Below the pieces are notes generated by a model, which did no database searches, was not told the origin of the DNA, and saw nothing but the letters and a program-made list of their open reading frames with translations. DNA of 64,000 nucleotides. It comes from a virus. This document shows, piece after piece, positions 1 to 10,300 of the stretch. Both the position numbers and the translations under genes were made by a program. The stretch is from IMG/VR virus record IMGVR_UViG_3300032313_001394, positions 1 through 64,000 of that record. One strand, 5' to 3'. Position 1 is the stretch's first letter. The number at the start of each line of letters is the position of its first letter.

Positions 1-22
1 CCTTTTTTCATTGTCCAAAAGG
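1..22 (-). promoter_or_regulatory. 5'-leader hairpin CCTTTT-GGACAATGAA-AAAAGG for a gene lying just outside the window
   Basis: Perfect 6-bp stem with a 10-nt loop; the same loop consensus with a different stem occurs at 7178-7199; both follow an ATATTTAT motif. Confidence 0.55.
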
Positions 23-49
23 TTCGACAATAAATATTAATAAGTTAAT

Positions 50-739
50 TTAATTTAAACCAAAGCGAGCTTTTTGTCCGTTGTAGTTTTGTAGTACTTC
101 CGCGTCCGAAAGAACTCTAGTATATACCTGAGCTATTGCATTGTATCCACTAGTAAAATTTGTAGTAGTAAGACTTCCTATAACCCAACCATCTGTAGAT
201 GTTCTTAAATTTGTAGTTGATGTATTTGTAGTAGCTTCTAATATACCATTTACATAATGTTTGATAGATACGCCGGCAGTCCAAACTCCTGTTAAATAGT
301 ACCAGCTATTTAATGCTAATGTTGAAGTTCCTGTAGCACTAAATTGAGTAGCGCCTCCAGAAGTGGTTACAACAGCAGACACCGATAGGCCTGTGGTAAA
401 GATTTTAATATGTAATGACCAACCATTCCCTGATCCATCTCTACCTCTAGCTAATAAAAACTTATCTTCTGAATAATTATCATTTTTAAACCAAGCAGCA
501 AATGTAAAACTATCAGTTGTATTCCCAAAATATGGAGAGGATATATAATCATTTGTACCATCTGTAAAAATAGAACCTCCATTACCGCTGTCGAATGTAG
601 GTCCATTTATTAATGTGCTATTATTATTATTCCCACTTAAATCATTCCACGTAGTCCCACTTCCCGGATATGATTTAGTATTTGCAGCATCTAATGCTAA
701 AACTAATCCGTTTGTTACTATGTTTGGTCCTGTATACAT
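50..739 (-). CDS. LamG/concanavalin A-like lectin domain virion protein
   Basis: VTNGLVLALDAAN..SYPGSGTTWNDLSGN N-terminus, W..LTGVW...YVNG core, Y.RVLS..EVLQNYN C-terminus typical of phage LamG-like proteins. Confidence 0.85.
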   Translation of the reverse strand: MYTGPNIVTNGLVLALDAANTKSYPGSGTTWNDLSGNNNNSTLINGPTFDSGNGGSIFTDGTNDYISSPYFGNTTDSFTFAAWFKNDNYSEDKFLLARGRDGSGNGWSLHIKIFTTGLSVSAVVTTSGGATQFSATGTSTLALNSWYYLTGVWTAGVSIKHYVNGILEATTNTSTTNLRTSTDGWVIGSLTTTNFTSGYNAIAQVYTRVLSDAEVLQNYNGQKARFGLN

Positions 740-1485
740 TATAGGTTGAAGCGTGATTTTAATGCGTTATAGTTTTGTAATACTTCTTGTGATGAGAGTG
801 CTCTGTTGTATATTTGTGTAGTATATAATATTCCAGCAAAATAATTTTGATAAACGTTATTATAAAATTGAGATCCTAACGCTATAGCGGTAGATGTAGC
901 GGTTATACCGTTCCCTACCCATTTTCCGTTATTTAATCCACTAAAAACTGATAAAGTTTCTTCTACTCCATTAATATATATTTTATAAGAAGAAGGCAAC
1001 ATTACAAAAGCTATATTATAATTTGTGTTTGCGGTTATATTTGTTGATCCTATAATTGTATTATTTACAGAAACACCAGTATCAAGTACTCTAAATTGTA
1101 GTCTAGCATTTCCCGATGATGGTATTCCATCTCCGGAGCTTGTTAATCTAACATAGCAACCATAGGTTGTTGTAGCATTTCCGTAACCCATAATTCCTCT
1201 AACAGCAGTATCAACAGAACTAAAAGACAAATTAAATACACAAGTACTAGAACTTACATTCGCAAAACTAATAGGTAAATTACCGTATTGATTAGTTCCA
1301 TTAAATACAATACCTCCTCCATTAGTGCTGTTGAATGTGGGAGTATTAACTAAAGAACCGCTATAATTATTTCCACTTAAATCATTCCAAGTAGTTCCAC
1401 TTCCAGGATATGATTTAGTATTTGCAGCATCTAATGCTAACACTAATCCATTTGTAACTACATTTGAACCTCCAATAGTTGCCAT
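739..1485 (-). CDS. LamG/concanavalin A-like lectin domain virion protein
   Basis: Paralog of 50..739 with the same N- and C-terminal blocks (IYINGV, IYNRALSSQEVLQNYN). Confidence 0.85.
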   Translation of the reverse strand: MATIGGSNVVTNGLVLALDAANTKSYPGSGTTWNDLSGNNYSGSLVNTPTFNSTNGGGIVFNGTNQYGNLPISFANVSSSTCVFNLSFSSVDTAVRGIMGYGNATTTYGCYVRLTSSGDGIPSSGNARLQFRVLDTGVSVNNTIIGSTNITANTNYNIAFVMLPSSYKIYINGVEETLSVFSGLNNGKWVGNGITATSTAIALGSQFYNNVYQNYFAGILYTTQIYNRALSSQEVLQNYNALKSRFNL

Positions 1486-1486
1486 A

Positions 1487-1741
1487 TTATATAATTTCTT
1501 CCATCAATGGAGTCCATTCTTCAGTAGAAAGAATTACTAATATTTCTTCATGTGTGTATGGTCCTTCAGTGTTATCTAAAGTAGGCACAAATGAAGGTTG
1601 TTCACCCGACCATTTGATAAATGTTTTTGTACCGTCAACTGATTTTCTAACAGTTTCTTCTGATGTTTCTAGTACTTGATTAAAATCAATTTTAGAAAGT
1701 TCTGTGGTGGGAAATATAATATATTCTCTTGTACTATACAT
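1487..1741 (-). CDS. small acidic hypothetical protein within the LamG cluster
   Basis: 84-aa ORF tightly packed between LamG genes. Confidence 0.7.
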   Translation of the reverse strand: MYSTREYIIFPTTELSKIDFNQVLETSEETVRKSVDGTKTFIKWSGEQPSFVPTLDNTEGPYTHEEILVILSTEEWTPLMEEII

Positions 1742-1742
1742 G

Positions 1743-2411
1743 TTATGTTAAATTAAAGCGTGATTTTTGTGCGTTATAGTTTTGTAGTACTTCTGTGGAT
1801 GATAATGCTCTGTTATATATTTTATAATTACTACCATTTCCTACAAAGTATCCACCTCCTAACGAACGACCTATTAATATATTAGTTGTTCCTATAAATG
1901 AAGCAATATTTCCAGAACCTTGTAATATTCCATTTTTATAAATTGACGCTGTACCACTAGATTGAGTATAAGTATAGCATATATTATTCCATGCATTTAA
2001 TGTTCCTGTTCCAGCTTGGGCATCTGCTGAATAATGACCTTGATATATTGTACCGTTTCTAAATATTAAATGTAATCCTTGTCTAGTTGCTGTTTGTTCT
2101 GTTCCAAACATACTTCTATCACCAGTAAAATTAGTAGGATATACCCAAGCATCAAATGTATAATTTGCATCATATACTCCTAATTGAGTTGCCGTTTTTC
2201 CAGTATCAACATAATCATTAGTTCCATCAAACACAATACTACCACCATTAGCAGAACTAAATGTAGGTCCATTTACTAACGATCCACTATTATTATTTCC
2301 CGACAAATCATTCCACGTTGTACTACCCGACACATAACTCCTAGGATTAGCAGCATCTAATGCTAGCACTAATCCATCCGTAACTACATTTGGTCCTCTA
2401 AAAAACGCCAT
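1743..2411 (-). CDS. LamG/concanavalin A-like lectin domain virion protein
   Basis: Third paralog: VTDGLVLALDAAN...WNNICYTY...IYKNG...IYNRALSSTEVLQNYN. Confidence 0.85.
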   Translation of the reverse strand: MAFFRGPNVVTDGLVLALDAANPRSYVSGSTTWNDLSGNNNSGSLVNGPTFSSANGGSIVFDGTNDYVDTGKTATQLGVYDANYTFDAWVYPTNFTGDRSMFGTEQTATRQGLHLIFRNGTIYQGHYSADAQAGTGTLNAWNNICYTYTQSSGTASIYKNGILQGSGNIASFIGTTNILIGRSLGGGYFVGNGSNYKIYNRALSSTEVLQNYNAQKSRFNLT

Positions 2412-2412
2412 A

Positions 2413-3309
2413 TTATAACAATCTAACTAATGAACGAACAGACCAAGCTGAACCTGAAATACCGGCTTGTAATACTATATTACTAGCACTTATTGCTGTT
2501 TGTAAAGTAACTACTGCTGTACTACCACCTAAGTCGCCTGTAAAGTTTTCGTAGAATTCTGTATTTGATCCGCTCCAAGTAGATACAACAGTACCTGCTC
2601 TAACAATAGATCCACTAAAAGCTACGTAATCAAAAAATGCTGATCGGAATGAGCCAGTAGCAGCGCTTACGATTGTTTGGAACGAGCCAGTAGCAACTGC
2701 TAGATTTTGTTGGTAGTTTAATGATGCTGATACTATTGTAGCGGTTCCGTTGAATACGGATGAACCTGATACATTTACAGATCCCGTAACAGTAGTATTA
2801 CCATTTAATCTTGTAGTACCATTTACATCTAATGACCCAGTAATACGAACAGATCCTGATATTAATACATTGCCCGATCCATCAGTTTGAACTTTACCAT
2901 TATCAAATGAAACTCTACCTCTAGTTGCAATAGCATTACCAGAACCACCCATTTTTAAGTCATATGCAACTCCTGAATAAGGGTCTACATATGACCCATT
3001 TGCTATATTTATCTCTCCTTTAACCGCTAATCCACCATTAATATCAACGGTAGATGGTTGAAAACCTGCACCACCATTAACTGATATCGCAGACGAACCA
3101 GTTATTCCAACAGATCCAGTAAATTGATGTGTATTAGTAAGTAAAGAACCAAATTTAGTTGAACCAGTTACAAAATCTCTAGATGATGTTATCTCCTGAA
3201 CTACTAACGTTTGAGCAACAAGTGTTCCTAATGTAGTAATAGTACCTGTAGAAGTTAAACTACCTGATAAAACTAACGAACCAGTAACTGAGGGATTATG
3301 TATTTTCAT
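2413..3309 (-). CDS. tail fibre-like structural protein (TGS/SGS-rich)
   Basis: Shares the AQTLVVQ.ITSS..F.TGST.FG....THQFTGSV module with 7383..12107 and 12462..15224; C-terminal domain resembles that of 7383..12107. Confidence 0.65.
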   Translation of the reverse strand: MKIHNPSVTGSLVLSGSLTSTGTITTLGTLVAQTLVVQEITSSRDFVTGSTKFGSLLTNTHQFTGSVGITGSSAISVNGGAGFQPSTVDINGGLAVKGEINIANGSYVDPYSGVAYDLKMGGSGNAIATRGRVSFDNGKVQTDGSGNVLISGSVRITGSLDVNGTTRLNGNTTVTGSVNVSGSSVFNGTATIVSASLNYQQNLAVATGSFQTIVSAATGSFRSAFFDYVAFSGSIVRAGTVVSTWSGSNTEFYENFTGDLGGSTAVVTLQTAISASNIVLQAGISGSAWSVRSLVRLL

Positions 3310-3353
3310 TTAATTCTTTATTTCTAATATAAATATTAATTTAATATTATTTT

Positions 3354-4580
3354 TTAACATGTTGTGTAAGTATTAGATGCAGCACCATTTCCACTTGTTA
3401 TACTTACAGTTCCTTCACTAGCACAAACAGTACCAATAACATGTGAATAACCATCATAATCAGTAAATGATGTACTAGCATAACTTCCTCCTCCACGACA
3501 TATTCTATATTCTACATAAACAGTTTCATATGCGTTATAATTTATAATATTATATTCATAACATGTTGCTTCTGTTGGTGTTGGAGTTGGAGTAGGGGTT
3601 GGAGTTGGTGTTGGAGTAGGAGTTGGGGTTGGAGTTGGTGTTGGAGTCGGTGTTGGAGTTGGAGTAGGTGTTGGAGGATTACAATCCTCACAAGTACTAT
3701 GTTCGCTAACTACAGTCAAACTAGCTCCACCAACATATGTAGGTCCTGCTATTGTATAGCACGTTCCATTAGATGCTTTTATAATATCACCAGCATCTCT
3801 ATTACCATTATATGGTATCCTTAAATCGGCTGGTGTTGTTGTTCCACAAAGATATAGATCATACGATTGATAGACTGGTGTTGGAGTTGGAGTAGGAGTT
3901 GGTGTTGGAGTAGGAGTTGGGGTTGGAGTTGGTGTTGGAGTTGGTGTTGGAGTAGGAGTTGGTGTTGGAGGATTACAATCAATACAAGTACTATGTTCAC
4001 TAACTACAGTTAGACTAGCTCCTCCAACGGTTGTGGGGCCTACTATTGTATAACATATACCATTAGATGCTTTTATGATATCACCTGGATCTAAATTACC
4101 ATTATATGGTACTCTTAAATCAGCTGGAGTTGTTGTTCCACAAAGATATAAATCATATGATAAAAATACTGGAGTAGGGGTTGGTGTAGGTGTTGGTGTT
4201 GGAGTAGGAACAGGACATGATCCTATAGAACTAATTTTTCCCGCTGGACTTACATAATAAAATGTAGAACCATCTCCTCCAGCTCCATACCATCCAGAAA
4301 CAGCTAATGTTGTTCTTGAACTATCTGTCCATACATAATCACCTACATCTAATGATCCTCCATCTACCCAGTATAAACTTACAGTAGTTCCGGATCCTCC
4401 ACATAATGTTCCTTGAGATACATTAGTATATTTTATATTAATTAATGAAAATAACGCAGATGGGAAAACTATAGTTTCTCCCACAAACATTCGGTTTACT
4501 TGACTTGTGCCAAAATATACTTTACCTAATGTTTCTACATTTGTGGTTCCTAATTCTAATTTACCTGCGGTTAAAGCCAT
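3354..4580 (-). CDS. Pro-Thr-repeat, Cys-rich modular virion decoration/fibre-tip protein
   Basis: Three (PT)n tracts separate Cys-rich modules, two of which are near-identical; N-terminal KVYFGTSQVNRMFVG motif. Confidence 0.7.
   Translation of the reverse strand: MALTAGKLELGTTNVETLGKVYFGTSQVNRMFVGETIVFPSALFSLINIKYTNVSQGTLCGGSGTTVSLYWVDGGSLDVGDYVWTDSSRTTLAVSGWYGAGGDGSTFYYVSPAGKISSIGSCPVPTPTPTPTPTPTPVFLSYDLYLCGTTTPADLRVPYNGNLDPGDIIKASNGICYTIVGPTTVGGASLTVVSEHSTCIDCNPPTPTPTPTPTPTPTPTPTPTPTPTPTPTPTPVYQSYDLYLCGTTTPADLRIPYNGNRDAGDIIKASNGTCYTIAGPTYVGGASLTVVSEHSTCEDCNPPTPTPTPTPTPTPTPTPTPTPTPTPTPTPTPTPTEATCYEYNIINYNAYETVYVEYRICRGGGSYASTSFTDYDGYSHVIGTVCASEGTVSITSGNGAASNTYTTC
3573..4210. repeat. three (Pro-Thr)n coding microsatellite tracts flanking a duplicated ~200-bp module
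   Basis: GGNGTW hexamer repeats at about 3573-3678, 3876-3972 and 4170-4210; module copies at about 3673-3880 and 3967-4170. Confidence 0.85.
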
Positions 4581-7171
4581 TAAATTATTACATATAACGT
4601 GTTAGTATCTTTACTACCTATAGCATCATATTCAGCTTGTGTTAAAGTTATTATTTTAGTTACTTTAGGAGTTGATGAATAAGTATCTGCTGTATTAGTA
4701 ATAAAATCAGCAGTTGATGGTGTAGTACCTTGGTTTCCTTGATTACCTTGATTACCTATAATACCTTGTAGACCTGTAGGACCTTGATTACCTTGTGGTC
4801 CTGTTGAACCTTGTATACCAATTGGACCTTGATTACCTTGTGGACCAATATTACCTTGAGGACCCGCAGGACCCTGATTACCTTGTGAACCAAAAGTTCC
4901 TTGAATTCCGGTTGGTCCTTGATTACCTTGTATACCTTGAGGTCCTAAATTTCCTTGTGGACCTTGATTTCCTTGTGGACCTTGACGACCTTGATTACCT
5001 TGTGGTCCAGCAATACCTTGATCACCTTGTGGACCTGCTGGTCCTTGACGACCTTGATTTCCTTGAGGACCTAATGGACCTTGGTTACCTTGTTGACCTT
5101 GTGGACCTAACGGACCTTGATTTCCTTGAAAACCTAATGGACCTTGATTACCTTGAGGTCCAAGTATACCTTGTAAACCTTGTGGACCATTCGGGCCTTG
5201 ATTACCTTGAACCCCTGTTGGTCCTTGGTTACCTTGAGGACCCTGATTACCTTGAGGACCATTCGGACCTTGGTTCCCTTGTGGACCTTGGTTACCTTGT
5301 TGGCCTGTTGGCCCTTGGTTACCTTGGGGACCCTGATTACCTTGAGGACCTTGACGACCTTGAGTACCTTGAGGTCCTAATGGACCTTGATTGCCTTGGG
5401 GACCGTTAAGTCCTTGATTTCCTTGTGGACCCTGATTACCTTGTGGACCTTGGTTTCCTTGAGGTCCTTGGTTACCTTGTGGACCTATTAAACCTTGAGG
5501 ACCATTTGGTCCTTGATTTCCTTGTGGGCCTTGATTACCTTGTGGACCTTGGCGACCTTGAGTACCTTGTGGACCATTAGGTCCTTGATTACCTTGAGTA
5601 CCTTGTACACCTGTTGGTCCTTGATTTCCCTGAGATCCTTGATTACCTTGGGCTCCTTGTGGACCCGTTCCTTGAAGACCTGTTGGTCCTTGAAAACCTT
5701 GAGGACCTTGTAAACCTTGAGCACCTTGCTGACCATTAACTCCTGTACCTACACCAAATGTGAATACAGCATTTCCAGCTTCAGCAACATGAAATGTTAT
5801 AGTAGTTTGATTTATAGAGTCACTATGAATAGAAGCGGGAATAATTACATTATCACTTCCATCATAAACTGTAATAGCAGGATATGGTATTTGTAAATTA
5901 TGAGTTACAACCCAAGTAACACTTGAAGATGCTTGATTATAAGTGTAAGTATCACCAGTAGTTTGTCCAGCTGATCCTTGAGTTCCGATTGTACCTTGAG
6001 GTCCTTGGTTACCTTGAGGTCCTTGGTTACCTTGAACGCCTGTTAGGCCCTGATTTCCTTGAACACCTGTTGGTCCTTGGTTACCTTGAGGTCCTTGATT
6101 ACCTTGTTGACCTATTGGTCCTTGGTTACCTTGTTGACCTGTTGGTCCCTGGTTTCCTTGAGGACCCTGATTACCTTGTGGGCCTAATGGTCCTTGTAAT
6201 CCTTGAAGACCTTGTGGGCCTTGATTTCCTTGTGGACCTTGATTACCCTGTGGTCCTTGATTGCCTTGAGGACCAATCGGTCCTTGATTTCCTTGAGGCC
6301 CTAATGGACCTTGATTGCCTTGTGGGCCGTTTGGACCTAATGGACCTTGATTTCCTTGTGGACCTTGATTACCCTGAGGTCCTAATGGACCCTGATTACC
6401 TTGTGGGCCTATTATACCTTGTGGACCATTTGGTCCTTGATTACCTTGTGGACCTTGATTACCTTGTGGGCCTTGATTACCTTGAGCACCCTGAGCACCA
6501 GTTGGGCCCTGATTACCTTGTAGGCCTTGATTGCCTTGATTTCCTTGAGGTCCTAATGGACCTTGATTGCCTTGATTACCTTGAGTACCATTTGGACCTT
6601 GATTTCCTTGAAGTCCAATTGGACCTTGAATACCTTGATCACCTGTTGGACCTTGATTACCTTGTGGGCCTTGACGACCTTGAGATCCTTGGATACCTTG
6701 TTCTCCAGCTAAACCTTGTGGTCCTAAAATACCTTGTGGACCTTGATTTCCTTGTGGACCTTGATTTCCTTGTTGACCTTGAGGGCCATTTGGTCCTTGA
6801 TTTCCTTGCAGTCCTAATGGACCTTGGTTTCCTTGTGGACCTTGATTACCTTGATTACCTTGGAATCCATTAGAATTTCCATTTAAAGTTAATGAACCAG
6901 TTATATTTAATGAACCAGTTACAGCTAATGAACCTGAAATTATAGCAGAACCAGTATATGGAAACGCATCAGCATATCCTTCTAAGAAAGAAGCAGTAGC
7001 AGCATATGATGAAGAGTGAGCACGTGAAGAACTTACCGCCCAACTTGAAGTTCCAAATAAACTACCAGTAAATGAAGGAGAAGTAACAGATGATGTTACT
7101 ATTAAAGAGCCACTAATTGTGGAATTACTTTGTGCAATTACGCCGTTACGCGCTATAAATTCATATGCCAT
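4580..7171 (-). CDS. collagen-like (Gly-X-Gln) tail fibre protein
   Basis: Two long G-X-Q triplet tracts interrupted by a small globular domain (TYTYNQ..SVTWVVTHNL); C-terminal LTQAEYDAI..KD.NTLYVI motif. Confidence 0.85.
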   Translation of the reverse strand: MAYEFIARNGVIAQSNSTISGSLIVTSSVTSPSFTGSLFGTSSWAVSSSRAHSSSYAATASFLEGYADAFPYTGSAIISGSLAVTGSLNITGSLTLNGNSNGFQGNQGNQGPQGNQGPLGLQGNQGPNGPQGQQGNQGPQGNQGPQGILGPQGLAGEQGIQGSQGRQGPQGNQGPTGDQGIQGPIGLQGNQGPNGTQGNQGNQGPLGPQGNQGNQGLQGNQGPTGAQGAQGNQGPQGNQGPQGNQGPNGPQGIIGPQGNQGPLGPQGNQGPQGNQGPLGPNGPQGNQGPLGPQGNQGPIGPQGNQGPQGNQGPQGNQGPQGLQGLQGPLGPQGNQGPQGNQGPTGQQGNQGPIGQQGNQGPQGNQGPTGVQGNQGLTGVQGNQGPQGNQGPQGTIGTQGSAGQTTGDTYTYNQASSSVTWVVTHNLQIPYPAITVYDGSDNVIIPASIHSDSINQTTITFHVAEAGNAVFTFGVGTGVNGQQGAQGLQGPQGFQGPTGLQGTGPQGAQGNQGSQGNQGPTGVQGTQGNQGPNGPQGTQGRQGPQGNQGPQGNQGPNGPQGLIGPQGNQGPQGNQGPQGNQGPQGNQGLNGPQGNQGPLGPQGTQGRQGPQGNQGPQGNQGPTGQQGNQGPQGNQGPNGPQGNQGPQGNQGPTGVQGNQGPNGPQGLQGILGPQGNQGPLGFQGNQGPLGPQGQQGNQGPLGPQGNQGRQGPAGPQGDQGIAGPQGNQGRQGPQGNQGPQGNLGPQGIQGNQGPTGIQGTFGSQGNQGPAGPQGNIGPQGNQGPIGIQGSTGPQGNQGPTGLQGIIGNQGNQGNQGTTPSTADFITNTADTYSSTPKVTKIITLTQAEYDAIGSKDTNTLYVII
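4727..6870. repeat. collagen-coding 9/18-bp tandem repeats, interrupted at about 5735-5970
   Basis: Recurrent ccttgattaccttgtggacc-type units. Confidence 0.9.
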
Positions 7172-7177
7172 ATTATT

Positions 7178-7199
7178 CTTTAGTTCACTTTCCCTAAAG
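7178..7199 (-). promoter_or_regulatory. 5'-leader hairpin CTTTAG-GGAAAGTGAA-CTAAAG just upstream of the collagen fibre gene
   Basis: Perfect 6-bp stem, 10-nt loop, 6 nt between the stem and the ATG at 7171; ATATTTAT at 7210-7217. Confidence 0.6.
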
Positions 7200-7207
7200 T
7201 GGGTCTG

Positions 7208-7381
7208 TTATAAATATACAACTCTATATAATCTTCCACTAGAATCAGCTGATTGTAATTCATTAGCTTTATTTATAGCTTCAGTTTCATCAGTATATTC
7301 ATAAATTGGATCTTCAGCTGTTAATCGAGCTACCCAAATCATATTATTTCCTGGAATAAATTCCATTTGTACTTGATACAT
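7208..7381 (-). CDS. small hypothetical protein, 57 aa (MYQVQMEFIPGNNMIWVARL...GRLYRVVYL), absent from the ORF track
   Basis: Hand-translated ATG..TAA frame that starts 1 nt after the stop of 7383..12107 and fills the gap. Confidence 0.7.
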   Translation of the reverse strand: MYQVQMEFIPGNNMIWVARLTAEDPIYEYTDETEAINKANELQSADSSGRLYRVVYL

Positions 7382-7382
7382 A

Positions 7383-10300
7383 TTATATTAAATTTATTGT
7401 TGATTTAAAATTCCAATTACTTGTGTCAAATACTCCTGATAATACTATAAACCCACTACTTAATGTAGCATTCAATACAGCACCTGAAGTACTACCAATA
7501 TCAACTGTTGAATTATCCATATATTGAATGTTATTACCATTCCAAACTGCTGTAAATTGACCGGCTCTAGCATTAGATGCTGAAGTTAATGTATAGTTAT
7601 AAAAAGCAGCAGTAAAAGAACCAGTTAAATCATTAGATAAAGCATTAGTTCCACCAGCAGATATAAAAATGTTTTTATTAGTGAATAAAGATTGAGATAC
7701 TAATAACGAACCGGTAACTCCAAAACTACCAGATACACCAATAGATCCACTAAATTCATGTATTATTGAATCATCTAAATGATCTCCACCTACTGATTTA
7801 GGAATTCTACCAGAAATTAAAGCACGTTCATCTCCTAATGATCCTGTATTACGAGGACCCGCCATTATTATAGCACCATCATAAGATGAACCTGAAGCGT
7901 TTTGGTAAATCCATCTATTTTTTAATGAATCCCAAGCAAATGAAGCAGTTGCTAAATGAGATAATGAACCTGAATCATAAACTTTTAATCCACCAAATCT
8001 TTCAGCTGGCTCAAATACGTTTACTGATATAAATGAAGCACTTAATGCTAATTGAGAAGCAGTTACATAAACAAATGAAGCAGTACCAAATACATTTAAA
8101 TTACCTGTTATTAATAATGAACCAGATATTGTTTGGTCGCCAATAAATGTGTTAGATCCAGTGGTAATAATTGAACCACTTGTAATACCAGCAATTGAAG
8201 TGGCATATGATGCTGTTATAGCATAAACCGCCCAACTCGCGGTTCCTTGCAGTGATCCTGTTATACCTTGAGTTACAGATAATGAACCTGTTATTGTTTG
8301 GTTACCATTGAATGTATTAGAACCAGTACTTGCAAATGAACCACTAGCTAATCCACCAACAGTTTCAGCGTATGTTGCATAACTTGAAGATCTAGCTTGT
8401 GTAGCATATGATGCCGTACCTAATAATGAACCTGTTAATGAGGTTGCATTTAATGAACCTGTTAAACCATATGAACCAGTTAATTGTTTAGAATTAATCC
8501 AAACAGAACCACTTTTAATTAATAAATCACCGTATGATCCAGTTGTTGTTGAATCGATTACATCATGTGCTTCGCCTAATTCAATTCCATTATCAATACG
8601 AATATAAATTGAACCATTAGTTTGTTGTACTCTAAGTACTTGACCTAAACGAACACCATGTAATGGTGCTTGTGGAGCAGAACCAGTAATAGAACCAGAA
8701 GCTCCTAAATATACTAACTGTCCTGCAGTCCATCCTGGGGTTGAAGTATCATATCCAATAAATGTACCTTCAGTTAATACATAACCAAAACTATCATGAG
8801 GTATATTTGCTGTAACTATACCTATAGTATTTGCTGATACTCCATCACTTGACCAATCAGCTAAAGATATTAAAGCATTATTTCCAACTGATCCGCTTAT
8901 TCGTACAATAGCACCTTTATTGATTTGAGCACCTGTTGAGTTTTTAACTGGTAAAACTATATCTAGTGCTTCATTAGATAATGAAGCAGTAGAGGCATAA
9001 GAAGCACTTACAGCATTTAAAACATATGATGCTGTTAATGCATAAGATGCTGTTGTAGCATAACTAGCAGTTCCTAATAATGAACTAGTAATTGATGAAG
9101 CATTAATTGAGCCTGAAATTGATACTGAACCTGTAAATTGGTGTGTATTAGTTATTAAAGAACCAAACTTAGTTGAACCAGTAACAAAATCGGTTGATGA
9201 TGTTATTGTTTGAGCAATAATTGTTTGTGCTGTTAACGTACCTCTTACAGTAAAATTATCAGCAGAGGAAGCAGTAGCTGCGTTTGAAGCACTTGTAGCA
9301 ATTCCTAATAAATTAGTTGATACTCCTGCTCCTAATGTTGATATATCAAGGAAAGCTCCTCTTGCGTTGCCACCTTGTTCAAAAAATCTTAATCTATTTT
9401 GCCAAATATCTATTGTAACACCACTACCTGTAAGTGTATTATTTGTAATAGGTTTACCTAATAAAATTTCACCACCTTCATCACCACCAACTGCAGATAC
9501 AATTAATTTACCTCCACCACTAATATCTACTGAGCCTGTTACTAATACATCTTGTACTAATGGATTAACATATGATGCAGTAGCAGCACTATCAGCTCGT
9601 GATGCAGATACAGCTCTAGAAGCACTTACTGCGTTTAGTACGTATGATGCGGTTTGTGCTAATACTACGAATGAAGCTGTGTTTGCAGTTTGTGCTAACG
9701 TGGCAAATGATGCACTTACGGCATTTAGAACATAAGATGCAGTTTGAGATGTTTCGGAAAATGAAGCAGTTAAAGCATATGATGCACTAGTTGAATTATT
9801 AGCATATGATGAGGTTAATGCATATGATGCTGTATTTGAAAAATTAGCATATGATGCGGTTCCTAATAATGAACCAGTAATTGATGGTGATTGTAAAGAA
9901 CCAGTAATAATTACTGAACCTGAAAATATAGCTGATCCCGTATATGGGAATGTTGCTGTACCTGAAGTACCTTGATTACCTTGGAAACCCTGAATACCTT
10001 GTGGGCCTTGATTACCTTGAAATCCTTGATTACCTTGAGCACCAGTTATACCTTGATCGCCTTGTGGTCCTTGATTGCCTTGAAAACCTGTTGGTCCTTG
10101 GTTACCTTGTGAACCTTGATTACCCTGCGGACCTTGATTACCTTGAAAACCTATAGGACCCTGATTACCTTGAGGTCCTTGGTTACCCTGCGGACCTTGA
10201 TTACCTTGTGGACCTTGGTTACCTTGATTACCTTGATTACCTTGTGGGCCTTGGTTACCTTGAAATCCTTGTGGTCCTTGATAACCCTGAGGTCCTTGAC

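Noticed and set aside
50-4580. Diversity-generating retroelement acting on the LamG or Cys modules
   Set aside because: No reverse transcriptase is in the window, and differences between copies did not appear restricted to adenines.
4727-6870. Possible CRISPR array
   Set aside because: The units are 9/18-bp in-frame coding repeats with no unique spacers, and no cas genes are present.
4795-6873. Plus-strand and alternate-frame ORFs with LDYLVDL / TLRTL / KVLKV repeats
   Set aside because: These are shadow frames of the collagen repeat with no independent start signals.
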